This document shows, one piece after another, positions 1 to 8,057 of a stretch of 20,000 bases of DNA. The position numbers and the translations under genes are program-made. Origin of the DNA: an uncultured virus (IMG/VR IMGVR_UViG_3300033146_001099). Its lineage: Duplodnaviria; Heunggongvirae; Uroviricota; Caudoviricetes. The stretch lies in the IMG/VR virus record IMGVR_UViG_3300033146_001099; one strand, written 5' to 3'. The notes beneath the pieces were generated by a model. The model ran no database searches. It saw only the letters and a program-made list of their open reading frames with translations, and had not been told where the DNA came from. Position 1 is the first letter of the stretch. Each line of letters begins with the position of its first letter.

Positions 1-1
1 A

Positions 2-493
2 GATTATGGCGATATAGATTTAAGTACTTACAACTCTACCGTTGGTATGAGACATCGTATCCCAAGTTCCATTTACAAGTCAGAGGCACGTAAGCATCCA
101 ATCAATACTATCTCTTTGATTTCAACAGTCGAAGAGGCTCGTGATGCCTTAGCTAATGGTTATGCATTGTCATGTTGTAGTGGATTAGGCTTTTCATCTA
201 ATCGAGATAGTAAGGGTATTGCTAGACGATCTGGATCATGGAGTCATGCAATGGCATGGATAGCTTGCGACGATACTAACGAGATTTACAAGGAGACATT
301 GTTCTTAATCCAAAATAGCTGGGGAAAGTGGAATAGCGGCCCGAAACGTCATGGTCAACCTGACGGAAGCTTCTGGGTACGTGAGCGTGATGCCCGGTCT
401 ATTTTGAACTCTAGAGGTTCTTTTGCATTCAGTGATGTAGAAGGATTTCCAGCCAGACAACTACCACAGTACGGTCTAGGAGGATGGGTGTAA
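2..493 (+). CDS. Papain-family (C1A-like) cysteine peptidase, C-terminal part (5' truncated by window edge)
   Basis: The frame is open from position 2 (DYGDIDLSTYNSTVG then M47). It contains SHAMAWIACDD...FLIQNSWGKW...GSFWV, matching the papain catalytic His motif and the (K/Q)NSWG Asn motif. The catalytic Cys would lie upstream of the window. Confidence 0.8.
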   Translation, partial: DYGDIDLSTYNSTVGMRHRIPSSIYKSEARKHPINTISLISTVEEARDALANGYALSCCSGLGFSSNRDSKGIARRSGSWSHAMAWIACDDTNEIYKETLFLIQNSWGKWNSGPKRHGQPDGSFWVRERDARSILNSRGSFAFSDVEGFPARQLPQYGLGGWV

Positions 494-1260
494 TGGGCAG
501 CGAAAAAGCGAGAATGTGGCTTGGTATACTATTGATTGTTGTCGGCATTTTTTATAAGCCAGGGGAACCGACTCCTCCTGTTGTTGACAACAAGTTAAAA
601 GAACCGGCAGCCGATATAGTAGTTCTAGTGAAAGACATTAGTATAAGCGACAACGCTGATTCAAGCAAGTTAGCTGGCATGTTTAATGCTATGTCAACCA
701 AGCTGGACGGTACGACACTGAATAGTAATCTACAAGTTCAATACTTTATGAATGCGATAGGTAAGAATACATTCGGTAGCGAGTTGATGGACAATGGTAA
801 TTCAAAATATCCTAAGTTTGCTCCTGCTGTTGCAGAGGCTATGACTAGCATTTTAGGACCACAAACGGATACTAGTCCGGTCACAAGCGACAAAAAGCGT
901 AAACTAGCTAGACTGTTCTACGGATTATCATGGAAATTATACAAGTCCAGTAACGATGAAGAGTACGAAGAGTATAAAGCTAAGGCATTATCGGCAATTG
1001 CAGAGTATAATAAAGAAGACGAACCACTTCCTCCACCGGACAGTGAAGATTGTCCATGCGAAGGCAAGGGTTATATTATTCATGGAGACGGACACCAAAC
1101 GGATTGTCCATGTGTAGCGTCAGGTACAGACTGTGAGCACGATCCAAAGTGCGGGACTGGAGACTTACCTGATCTTTCAACCAACAAATCTTCTGGTTCA
1201 CAAGTATACAAGACAACTCAACGAAGACGTGGAATATTGAGAGGTATATTTAGACAATGA
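493..1260 (+). CDS. Membrane-anchored protein with C-terminal Cys-rich (DCPC x2) region
   Basis: TAATG overlap with the upstream stop favours ATG 493 over 484. N-terminal TM (MWLGILLIVVGIFY), Pro-rich linkers, DCPCEGKG...GDG...DCPC motif and basic tail RRRGILRGIFR. Confidence 0.75.
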   Translation: MGSEKARMWLGILLIVVGIFYKPGEPTPPVVDNKLKEPAADIVVLVKDISISDNADSSKLAGMFNAMSTKLDGTTLNSNLQVQYFMNAIGKNTFGSELMDNGNSKYPKFAPAVAEAMTSILGPQTDTSPVTSDKKRKLARLFYGLSWKLYKSSNDEEYEEYKAKALSAIAEYNKEDEPLPPPDSEDCPCEGKGYIIHGDGHQTDCPCVASGTDCEHDPKCGTGDLPDLSTNKSSGSQVYKTTQRRRGILRGIFRQ

Positions 1261-1616
1261 CAACAATAGATGAAAAAATGTTGCCGTTGGCAACTAAGGT
1301 GTTGGAGGAGTCTAACTCCAAAGCAAAAGAAGATAGCCATCAAATCGACCCCATGACAATCCTTACGATTATCTCGCTGTTGATTAAACTGGCGACTTTC
1401 CTTTGGGAATGGTATAGACGAGATAAGGACAAGTTTGTTAAGTCCAATCAGCTAAATTTTATAATGAGATGGGTTGTTTGGAGACATGTTAAGAAGGATG
1501 TAGTAAATCGCAAGGACGCCAAATACATTTACGAAGGTATCTGTGGTATGGTGTATAAGTTTACGGATGACGACCGTAAAACTTTAATAGAAGTCATAAC
1601 TGAAAAGGGTAAATAA
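1257..1616 (+). CDS. Hypothetical membrane protein
   Basis: ATGA overlap. Hydrophobic segment IDPMTILTIISLLIKLATFLW. Confidence 0.7.
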   Translation: MTTIDEKMLPLATKVLEESNSKAKEDSHQIDPMTILTIISLLIKLATFLWEWYRRDKDKFVKSNQLNFIMRWVVWRHVKKDVVNRKDAKYIYEGICGMVYKFTDDDRKTLIEVITEKGK

Positions 1617-1617
1617 T

Positions 1618-1797
1618 ATGAAACTTAAACTTCATGCGTTATTGCAATCTCGTAGATTTTGGGCAGCAGCAGCCGGTCTTTTGGCTGTGCTTGGCCAAGA
1701 CTTGTTCGGAGTCGAGCTAGCAACAGAGCAATTAGTGTCTATAGCTTCTATCGTAGTGGCTTGGATCATTGGTGACACTCTACGAGTAACTAAGTAA
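1618..1797 (+). CDS. Putative holin, 59 aa, two TM segments (not in ORF track)
   Basis: Own translation: MKLKLHALLQSRRFWAAAAGLLAVLGQDLFGVELATEQLVSIASIVVAWIIGDTLRVTK*. It fills the gap between neighbouring genes. An SR(R/K)FW motif before TM1 plus two hydrophobic helices is typical of small phage holins. Confidence 0.7.
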   Translation: MKLKLHALLQSRRFWAAAAGLLAVLGQDLFGVELATEQLVSIASIVVAWIIGDTLRVTK

Positions 1798-1815
1798 TAA
1801 GAGAGGGGCAAAGTT

Positions 1816-2142
1816 ATGGATCAGGTATTAGGATTCTTGAAAAACCTTGACACCTTTCAATACGTGCTTCTGGCGGCTGGTGCCTTCTTGTTATTCCCTA
1901 CAGTTATAAAGTGGTGGAACGCAAAACCAGAAGATGATGTTGTAGACGATGTGGATCACGACGATCATAAGCACGAAACTGAGTTAAGTAGTCTAATATG
2001 TAAGTGGGAATGTCTGTGTGACTCCTGTCACAAGCGTGGCTTACATGGTGCCTGTGAAGCATTGCAGGCGGTTTTTCCAATGCTAGGTAAAATATATGAG
2101 GGAAAACACGATGTCGAAAAAGAGGGGATCGATCCAGAGTAG
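1816..2142 (+). CDS. Hypothetical membrane protein with acidic/His linker and Cys-rich C-terminus
   Basis: GAGAGGGG SD-like sequence upstream. TM FQYVLLAAGAFLLFP, linker DDVVDDVDHDDHKHE, and CKWECLCDSCHKRGLHGAC. Confidence 0.75.
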   Translation: MDQVLGFLKNLDTFQYVLLAAGAFLLFPTVIKWWNAKPEDDVVDDVDHDDHKHETELSSLICKWECLCDSCHKRGLHGACEALQAVFPMLGKIYEGKHDVEKEGIDPE

Positions 2143-2302
2143 GATTGTTGATAGCTTTTTGAAAGAGCTTGGAGTCTCCCGCGAGCAAGTCGACAAGATG
2201 ACTCAGCTCTGGGAGACAGTGGATGTGCAAAAAAATGATGACGGGATTGTCATTAATATCAAGTTGAAAAACATCCAGGTTAAGATCGAAACTGACAATT
2301 AA
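2111..2302 (+). CDS. Hypothetical protein
   Basis: The ORF continues the operon up to the terminator. Start is either 2096 or 2111. Confidence 0.6.
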   Translation: MSKKRGSIQSRIVDSFLKELGVSREQVDKMTQLWETVDVQKNDDGIVINIKLKNIQVKIETDN

Positions 2303-2306
2303 CGAT

Positions 2307-2335
2307 AAGGGGTTGTGGTAACACGGCCCCTTTTC
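2307..2335 (+). terminator. Rho-independent terminator
   Basis: GGGGTTGTG-GTAA-CACGGCCCC stem (with G-U pairs) and a GNRA loop, followed by TTTT, just after the stop at 2302. Confidence 0.85.
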
Positions 2336-2342
2336 TATTACT

Positions 2343-2386
2343 GTTTTCCAGAAAAAATCTGAAATTGGCTAGAAAGCCGCTATAAT
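2343..2386 (+). promoter_or_regulatory. Putative promoter (TATAAT at 2381-2386) with upstream TTTTCCAGAAAA dyad/A-tract
   Basis: Perfect -10 hexamer directly after a terminator. No canonical -35 at 17 bp spacing. Confidence 0.5.
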
Positions 2387-2460
2387 TATCTTTGTAGGGG
2401 CGTCCGGTTCTCTTACTGCGGAGTTAATAGCTCAGTGCTTGATGAGATAAGACATAGTCC

Positions 2461-2529
2461 ATGCCTGACATTGGCATGTCTCCTTGGCAGTCAACACCAG
2501 AAGAATGGTGGGAGTTCATTAAGGTATGA
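2461..2529 (+). CDS. Possible 22-aa small ORF (MPDIGMSPWQSTPEEWWEFIKV)
   Basis: Its TGA overlaps the next ATG as ATGA (2526-2529), the coupling pattern used across this window. It is very short and has no clear SD. Confidence 0.35.
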   Translation: MPDIGMSPWQSTPEEWWEFIKV

Positions 2530-2765
2530 AAAGACAAAATCGTTGTGATGCTTGCAATCGCATGTTCAACGATGGCGATAAGGTAACTGTCGTTATTCCT
2601 GATGTCGAAATCACGAATAGATATCAAAAAGGCTCATCATCTATTCGACTCAAATTATCACCTGACGCCGTTGATGCCCGAGCAACAAAGGTATATTGCT
2701 CGAATTGTTTAAATTACTCAGGATATATATTAGAGGACCAAGAGGATGGAAAGAAGAAACTGTAA
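2526..2765 (+). CDS. Small putative zinc-binding protein
   Basis: CDAC near the N-terminus and CSNC near the C-terminus (two CxxC). Confidence 0.65.
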   Translation: MKRQNRCDACNRMFNDGDKVTVVIPDVEITNRYQKGSSSIRLKLSPDAVDARATKVYCSNCLNYSGYILEDQEDGKKKL

Positions 2766-2774
2766 CGTAATCTT

Positions 2775-2811
2775 GGCAGGGCTCCCTTTGGTGGGGGCGT
2801 TGCCTTTCTTT
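2775..2811 (+). terminator. Putative Rho-independent terminator
   Basis: GGCAGGGCTCCC-TTTGGT-GGGGGCGTTGCC stem with one mismatch, followed by TTTCTTT, about 10 nt after the stop at 2765. Confidence 0.65.
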
Positions 2812-2834
2812 ATGCCAGCCAAAGGCGATGAAGT

Positions 2835-2868
2835 ATTCGCTAATCATTCTATTAATTCGCTAATCATT
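2835..2868. repeat. 14-bp direct repeat ATTCGCTAATCATT x2 (20-bp period)
   Basis: Exact copies at 2835-2848 and 2855-2868, upstream of the methyltransferase-like gene. Confidence 0.85.
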
Positions 2869-2893
2869 AGTGTAGTACTTGCTGGAGAAATTA

Positions 2894-3556
2894 ATGAATG
2901 AATACGATCCTAAACTATTCGTACATCCACGATGGCAAAAGTTTTATGACCAAGGTCTTAGGACTTGTGAAGGTAAGTCTGCACCGCACTTCGCGGAAGC
3001 AAATACCCTGCTACTCACCACCCATACACAACTAGGACATAGAAGCTCTCTCTCAATACTAGAATTTGGATCAAATACTGGCTCGTTATGCTACGAAATC
3101 ATGCACAAGCATAAAGATCACATTAAAAGTTATACATTAGTCGATGAAGACAAGCTGCTGAGTCAGGCAATACCAAAACTAAGACGTCATAAAACCAAGT
3201 TGAAATTTTGCAACATACCAGATACAAACGATTGTCTAGGTCAACCTTATAACCTGTTGATTGCGTTTGGGTGCATAGAAGAAACAACTGATCACTTTAG
3301 GGATTTCCTGTACAATAGGATTTTTCCTAATGTGGAAGAGATCTTTCTGGTCATTGGCCAGAATGACGACCCGACATGTTGGGGTAAGAATTTCGATGAC
3401 AAATTACTTTATAAGGTTTTTAACGACAATTTTGAGCAGGTAGATGAGCCTGCTCTGGTAGGATACATGGGTAAGCATAGGTGTATCTATCATCACCATG
3501 CAGTAGGAAATAAGACGTTACTTAATAATCAAGAATGGATAGAGCATTATGCCTGA
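2894..3556 (+). CDS. Class I SAM-dependent methyltransferase-like protein (possibly a sugar O-methyltransferase)
   Basis: Motif I-like SILEFGSNTG, acidic beta-2 end YTLVD, and YNLLIAFGCIEE. GGAG SD precedes ATG 2894; the track uses TTG 2879. Confidence 0.6.
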   Translation: MNEYDPKLFVHPRWQKFYDQGLRTCEGKSAPHFAEANTLLLTTHTQLGHRSSLSILEFGSNTGSLCYEIMHKHKDHIKSYTLVDEDKLLSQAIPKLRRHKTKLKFCNIPDTNDCLGQPYNLLIAFGCIEETTDHFRDFLYNRIFPNVEEIFLVIGQNDDPTCWGKNFDDKLLYKVFNDNFEQVDEPALVGYMGKHRCIYHHHAVGNKTLLNNQEWIEHYA

Positions 3557-3947
3557 GTATAGTTTTAAGTGTGATAAATGTGATACGGCCTTTGGAAAGA
3601 TATGGTCTATGAGCGATTACGAGCAGAAAATACAAAATGTAAGATGCCCCTGCTGTCGTGCCTGTCGAGTTTATCGCGACTACGGCGAAGACGCGGTAAT
3701 TACTAACTACATTAAGGGACTCCATGAAGTAAGTACTATTGGAGAGTATGCAGATAAACAAACAAAAAAATATGGTAAGGATAAATGCGAAAAAATGGTT
3801 CACGATTTTAGTGCATACCGTCGCAATAAAGATGGTGGCATGAAAGAGCTGCCTTCGGGTATGACTCGAATGGATAAGCCAGAAGATATGCCTAAGCCAT
3901 TAACCAAGAAGGCAGCAAAAGCAAAAAGAAAGGGAAAGAGAACATGA
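3549..3947 (+). CDS. FmdB-family zinc-ribbon protein
   Basis: MPEYSFKCDKC...CPCC matches the MPxYxYxCxxC...CPxC FmdB pattern. Basic C-terminus. Confidence 0.75.
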   Translation: MPEYSFKCDKCDTAFGKIWSMSDYEQKIQNVRCPCCRACRVYRDYGEDAVITNYIKGLHEVSTIGEYADKQTKKYGKDKCEKMVHDFSAYRRNKDGGMKELPSGMTRMDKPEDMPKPLTKKAAKAKRKGKRT

Positions 3948-4360
3948 GTCACTTTCACACAATCAAGAAAGACAAAGAAACCGACATAGACGAGCGTTCT
4001 GTTGAAATTTATACCTTTAAGGGTTCAGAGGACTTTTTAAATCGAGAAAGGTTTCCTCTGCTTTACCATCCCGAACCCGAAGACGGAAAAGAGGTAGATA
4101 TCTTTACTCTTTGGAATGCTTATGCTATAAAAGTTAACACCGGCACCCGCATCCGGTACTATGTAAAACGCGGAAAGTACGGTAAGCTATTCAATCCGAT
4201 TGGCTTGTATAGTGAGGGCTCACAACGTAAACAACATCGCCATGCCGGTAAGCCCGCTTGGGAATTTAAAGAAGCCACTGAGAGAGTATTTACTCTCTAC
4301 GCTAAGTTCTTACGCAGTAAGAATGCATCTTGGCTAAACAATGCAGAAAGGGAAACCTAA
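3944..4360 (+). CDS. Hypothetical protein
   Basis: 138-aa ORF coupled on both sides (ATGA and TAATG). Confidence 0.75.
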   Translation: MSHFHTIKKDKETDIDERSVEIYTFKGSEDFLNRERFPLLYHPEPEDGKEVDIFTLWNAYAIKVNTGTRIRYYVKRGKYGKLFNPIGLYSEGSQRKQHRHAGKPAWEFKEATERVFTLYAKFLRSKNASWLNNAERET

Positions 4361-4704
4361 TGAGCAAAAAAGGACGACTAAATAAGTCAGAGAAGTATGT
4401 TATTGAGGGAATGTTTGAAGATGGCCACACTTTTGACGAGATAGCTACAGAGACTGGTCGTACTGCGGGCACTATAGAAAACCATATCCGTTTGATTGCT
4501 GAGGCAGCCAACGGCGAAGACACTGAGGCCGAGAAACCAAAGCGTAAGGGACTCTTTATTCGCGAAACCATGCTCAAAAAGAACACGGGCGTAAGTATTA
4601 TGACAGAAGCGGAGTCTTCTAGAGGTGAAATCCCGAAAACTCAAAGTAAAATTAAGAAAAGGTTTCGACCTACGATTCATAAGATCGATGAAGATCGAGA
4701 GTAA
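4360..4704 (+). CDS. Helix-turn-helix DNA-binding protein
   Basis: TAATG overlap gives start 4360. LNKSEKYVI...TFDEIATETGRTAGTIENHI is a sigma-region-4/LuxR-like HTH pattern. Confidence 0.7.
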   Translation: MSKKGRLNKSEKYVIEGMFEDGHTFDEIATETGRTAGTIENHIRLIAEAANGEDTEAEKPKRKGLFIRETMLKKNTGVSIMTEAESSRGEIPKTQSKIKKRFRPTIHKIDEDRE

Positions 4705-5138
4705 TGGCAAAAGAACAGTCGGATTTAAGTCGCTATCCTTCTCGCTATGCCCCAAGGGGTTGGGTTCACGCTGGACAATATGCAGCGGAACTTATTTGTG
4801 AGAAGTATGCCAAAACCAAAAACAAAGAACTCCCCCTGCGGTTTTGGGAGTTACCGGATTGGAAGAAGTACTATCAATATCAGGTCATACTTGCGAGTAG
4901 ACTGATTAAGAAGTATGGAGAACATCCAGTGATAGCGGCTCTAAATGACAAGCGAACTTACAAGACGTATTCATTAAGAGGAGGCTGGTTCGTCAAGGTA
5001 GTAGAGGACTACCATACTAAGGCCGAGCTTGCTAAGAAGATTGCCCATAAAGTTTCTTATGATTTTTCAGAGAAGAAAACCTTTGAAAGCAATAACCAAA
5101 AGAAATCAGTAATCTCCAAGCTTAGGGACTTAGAATGA
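4704..5138 (+). CDS. Hypothetical protein
   Basis: 144-aa ORF coupled to neighbours by TAATG and ATGA overlaps. Confidence 0.75.
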   Translation: MAKEQSDLSRYPSRYAPRGWVHAGQYAAELICEKYAKTKNKELPLRFWELPDWKKYYQYQVILASRLIKKYGEHPVIAALNDKRTYKTYSLRGGWFVKVVEDYHTKAELAKKIAHKVSYDFSEKKTFESNNQKKSVISKLRDLE

Positions 5139-7180
5139 GCAAAGGCGAATTTGCAAAAGACATAGTAAAAGAGTATGGCGACGTCCTACATGATGCAGCG
5201 TATATCATTGACAATCCGCCAGCTATAATTCCGTTATCACCTAAATTAGACATAGCCTTGGGGGGCGGCGTTCCCGAAGGCTCTTTGTTTATTATGACTG
5301 GTCAAGAAAAAGTAGGAAAAGATCAGCCGTTAGATGCTATGGTGCATACTCCTGTCGGACCCAAGAAAATGGGCGATATAAAAGTGGGAGACGAAGTATT
5401 GTCTCCTAGTTCTGATAGTGGTATAGCAAAAGTAGTAGGGGTCTTTCCACAAGGACTACAGGATGTTTATCGAGTTCATTTTTCAGACAGGACTTATACT
5501 GACTGCGGACTAAACCATTTATGGCATGTCGCCAACGAGCGATGGAAACAGTCTAAAGTTATTCCATTAAAAGAGATCCTGTATGACTCTTTGTTTCGTA
5601 AAAACAAGCAGTACAAGACAGCAAAATATTCTGTTCCTATGGTACCCTGTGTCTACGCAACCCAGAAGGTTAGCATGCATCCTTATTTGATGGGATGTTT
5701 AATTGGAGATGGAACATTAAAAAAGAAAACTGTTTGTATCACCAATATTGATCAAGAGCTACTTGATAGGATACGTGACATATTAGATCCAGCCTATGAG
5801 CTATACCAAGATAAGACTGATCCTATTACATATAGGATTACTCGATTAGATCGTAAATATTCTGCAAAACAAAAACATAAATATCTTGAGATGTTAAGAA
5901 CATATGACTTAGCGGGTGTCAAAAGTAAGTTCAAGTTTATTCCACCAGAATACAAATATAACTCTACGACGGTTAGATTTGCGATTGTTCGTGGACTTAT
6001 GGATACCGATGGAACCGTAGATAAGAAAGGTAAGGTGTCTTTTTCAAGCTCGTCTTTGTTGCTGGCTGAAGATCTTGCAGAAGTAGTTAGGTCTCTAGGA
6101 TATAAATGTAAACTATTTAAACGCTTTACCACATGCAATGGTAAAAAATTTAAGTCCTATTTATGTTATATCTCAGGGCCTCGTCTATCGGAATTATTTA
6201 AACTTACTAGAAAACGGGCGAGATGTAAGCCACGATCATATACCGCTCATAGAAAAATAGTAGACATAGAATATATAGAGAAAAAGGAAACTCAATGTAT
6301 TCAAATAGATAATCAAGGTGGACTTTACTTTACAGACTACCATATCGTTACACATAATACCGTTACTGCCCTGCAATTCTGTAAGAATGCACAGAAGGCT
6401 AGACTAGAGGATGGTTCTCGACGTAAGATCGTCTACGGGAACATTGAAGGCCGACTTAAGAAAAGAGACTTAGAAGGAGTGTCTGGTCTCGACTTAGACC
6501 CTGACTACTTTCGTATTATAGGATCAACTAAGGGAAATATTCTATCCGGTGAAACGTATCTGTCTATCATTGATAATATAGTCCACCAAATTCCCCATGC
6601 TGTAGCAGTGATTGATTCATTCTCGGCATTGGCATCAGAGAAAGAATTGACAGACGACATTAAAGATTCACAAGTAGCAGTCATGCAAAAATTTATCGCT
6701 AAGTTCACTCGTCGGTTTGCTAATGTCTTACCGATTAACCGCGTAACTCTTGTAGGTGTCACTCACATTATGGCAAACATTGGTGCTATCGGCCATGCTA
6801 AAAAGAGGGTGGAGAAATCCGGCTTTGCTTTAAAGTATGCACAGGACGTGAAGCTGTTTGCTACACACAAGAAGCCTATGATGCGTGGGGATCAACAAAT
6901 TGGGCAAGAGATTCATTGGATCGTAGAAAACACCGCGACCAATACCCCTCCTGGCCAGAAGGTAATCAGCTATATGAAATATGGTCGTGGCATCTGGGAA
7001 GAATACGAGCTTGCAGAAATAGCAAAAGACTTTGGTATCATCCAAGGTAAAAGCTGGTTTACCCTTCCAGGTACTGATAAAAAAATACAAGGCATGATTA
7101 ATGTGGCAGCATATCTAGAAGAAGAGCCTTCTGCTTATGAAGACATTAACCAACAGGTACGAGAACTAACAGGACTATGA
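5135..7180 (+). CDS. recA: RecA/UvsX-like recombinase precursor containing an intein (about 335 aa after splicing)
   Basis: LDIALGGGVPEG, Walker A GQEKVGK|T interrupted by the intein, Walker B AVIDS, and SGFALKYAQDVKL (compare RecA GGNALKFYASVRL). Confidence 0.9.
   Translation: MSKGEFAKDIVKEYGDVLHDAAYIIDNPPAIIPLSPKLDIALGGGVPEGSLFIMTGQEKVGKDQPLDAMVHTPVGPKKMGDIKVGDEVLSPSSDSGIAKVVGVFPQGLQDVYRVHFSDRTYTDCGLNHLWHVANERWKQSKVIPLKEILYDSLFRKNKQYKTAKYSVPMVPCVYATQKVSMHPYLMGCLIGDGTLKKKTVCITNIDQELLDRIRDILDPAYELYQDKTDPITYRITRLDRKYSAKQKHKYLEMLRTYDLAGVKSKFKFIPPEYKYNSTTVRFAIVRGLMDTDGTVDKKGKVSFSSSSLLLAEDLAEVVRSLGYKCKLFKRFTTCNGKKFKSYLCYISGPRLSELFKLTRKRARCKPRSYTAHRKIVDIEYIEKKETQCIQIDNQGGLYFTDYHIVTHNTVTALQFCKNAQKARLEDGSRRKIVYGNIEGRLKKRDLEGVSGLDLDPDYFRIIGSTKGNILSGETYLSIIDNIVHQIPHAVAVIDSFSALASEKELTDDIKDSQVAVMQKFIAKFTRRFANVLPINRVTLVGVTHIMANIGAIGHAKKRVEKSGFALKYAQDVKLFATHKKPMMRGDQQIGQEIHWIVENTATNTPPGQKVISYMKYGRGIWEEYELAEIAKDFGIIQGKSWFTLPGTDKKIQGMINVAAYLEEEPSAYEDINQQVRELTGL
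5321..6358 (+). mobile_element. Intein (346 aa) with LAGLIDADG homing endonuclease in the RecA P-loop; class 3 signature, Asp1
   Basis: Starts DQPLDAMVHTP after GK and ends HIVTHN before Thr. Block B NHLW, block F ETQCIQI. LAGLIDADG-like PYLMGCLIGDG and IVRGLMDTDG. Confidence 0.92.
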
Positions 7181-7587
7181 AAATCCGTGACTTAAACGGG
7201 GAGAAAGTAGACTGGAAACCGAATGGCCAGATTATCACAGCAAGCGATACACGCAGTCGGTCCCAATTACACCTAGTCGCCAGAAAACTTCTCTATGACC
7301 TCTTTCCTACCCTACCTATTCTTGAGGAGGTGGCTATCCCCATTCGCAGGGGAACAACTCAATACTTTGACTTCTTTCTTACAGGAGTCAAGGTGGCTGT
7401 CGAGGTACATGGACAACAACACTTCAAGTTCAATAGCCACTTCCACGCCTCAATGTCAGAATTTCTACGGCAACGCAATAGAGATGATGACAAGCGGGAA
7501 TGGTGTGAAGTCAATAATATCACATTATTAGAATTGCCTTATAACGAAAAGATCGAAGAATGGACACAAACAATCCAGAGCAGGTGA
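7177..7587 (+). CDS. Vsr/DUF559-like restriction-fold endonuclease
   Basis: FDFF...VAVEVHGQQH...RDDDKREWC...ITLLELPY pattern. Confidence 0.75.
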   Translation: MKIRDLNGEKVDWKPNGQIITASDTRSRSQLHLVARKLLYDLFPTLPILEEVAIPIRRGTTQYFDFFLTGVKVAVEVHGQQHFKFNSHFHASMSEFLRQRNRDDDKREWCEVNNITLLELPYNEKIEEWTQTIQSR

Positions 7588-8057
7588 CCCCTAAAGGTCA
7601 AATGAACAAGGTAGAGGCAATACTCGATCAGTACGAACGAGCTATCGGCCTGCCCATATTTCAGGAAAATCAAGAAGACTCGGACGTACAGCGGTACATA
7701 TCAATGGATCGCAACAGCATGGAAAAGCTAACGCTTGAAGACTGTGCTATAGCAGCGTTAGCACTCGGTGGATATTCCTTTTACTTACAAAGAGCACTTA
7801 ACCGTGAAAACGCCAGAGTTAATTGGGCGAGCACATTACTCAAGAAACTTGTGGCTGGCAAAGAGTCGCAATATAGCGGCTCATGGGACAGTCAATATCA
7901 TCAAGTTATAAAAAATGATGATTACATGACGGGGATACTTTTAATCCAACAGTACGCACAACAGCGTGCGAACAGAGTTACCTATCTCGCTACATCAATA
8001 AAGAACATGAGCGACCTATACGTTAACTTACAGAAAGCAAAGGTAATGAAGGGATGA
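7560..8057 (+). CDS. Helical hypothetical protein (possible UvsY-like recombination mediator)
   Basis: Appears mostly helical and lies two genes downstream of RecA/UvsX. The UvsY suggestion is positional inference only. Confidence 0.55.
   Translation: MDTNNPEQVTPKGQMNKVEAILDQYERAIGLPIFQENQEDSDVQRYISMDRNSMEKLTLEDCAIAALALGGYSFYLQRALNRENARVNWASTLLKKLVAGKESQYSGSWDSQYHQVIKNDDYMTGILLIQQYAQQRANRVTYLATSIKNMSDLYVNLQKAKVMKG

Noticed and set aside
2394..2520. tRNA or tmRNA beginning GGGGCG
   Set aside because: No T-arm GTTCRA with cloverleaf spacing and no CCA end could be identified. Kept only as a possible structured leader.
2828..2863. Micro-ORF MKYSLIILLIR across the direct repeat
   Set aside because: Only 11 codons, not coupled to neighbours, and likely a by-product of the repeat.
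5321..6358. Group I intron rather than intein in recA (same consideration for 12795-13742)
   Set aside because: The insertions are in frame, have no stops, and carry Hint blocks with a terminal His-Asn followed by Thr.
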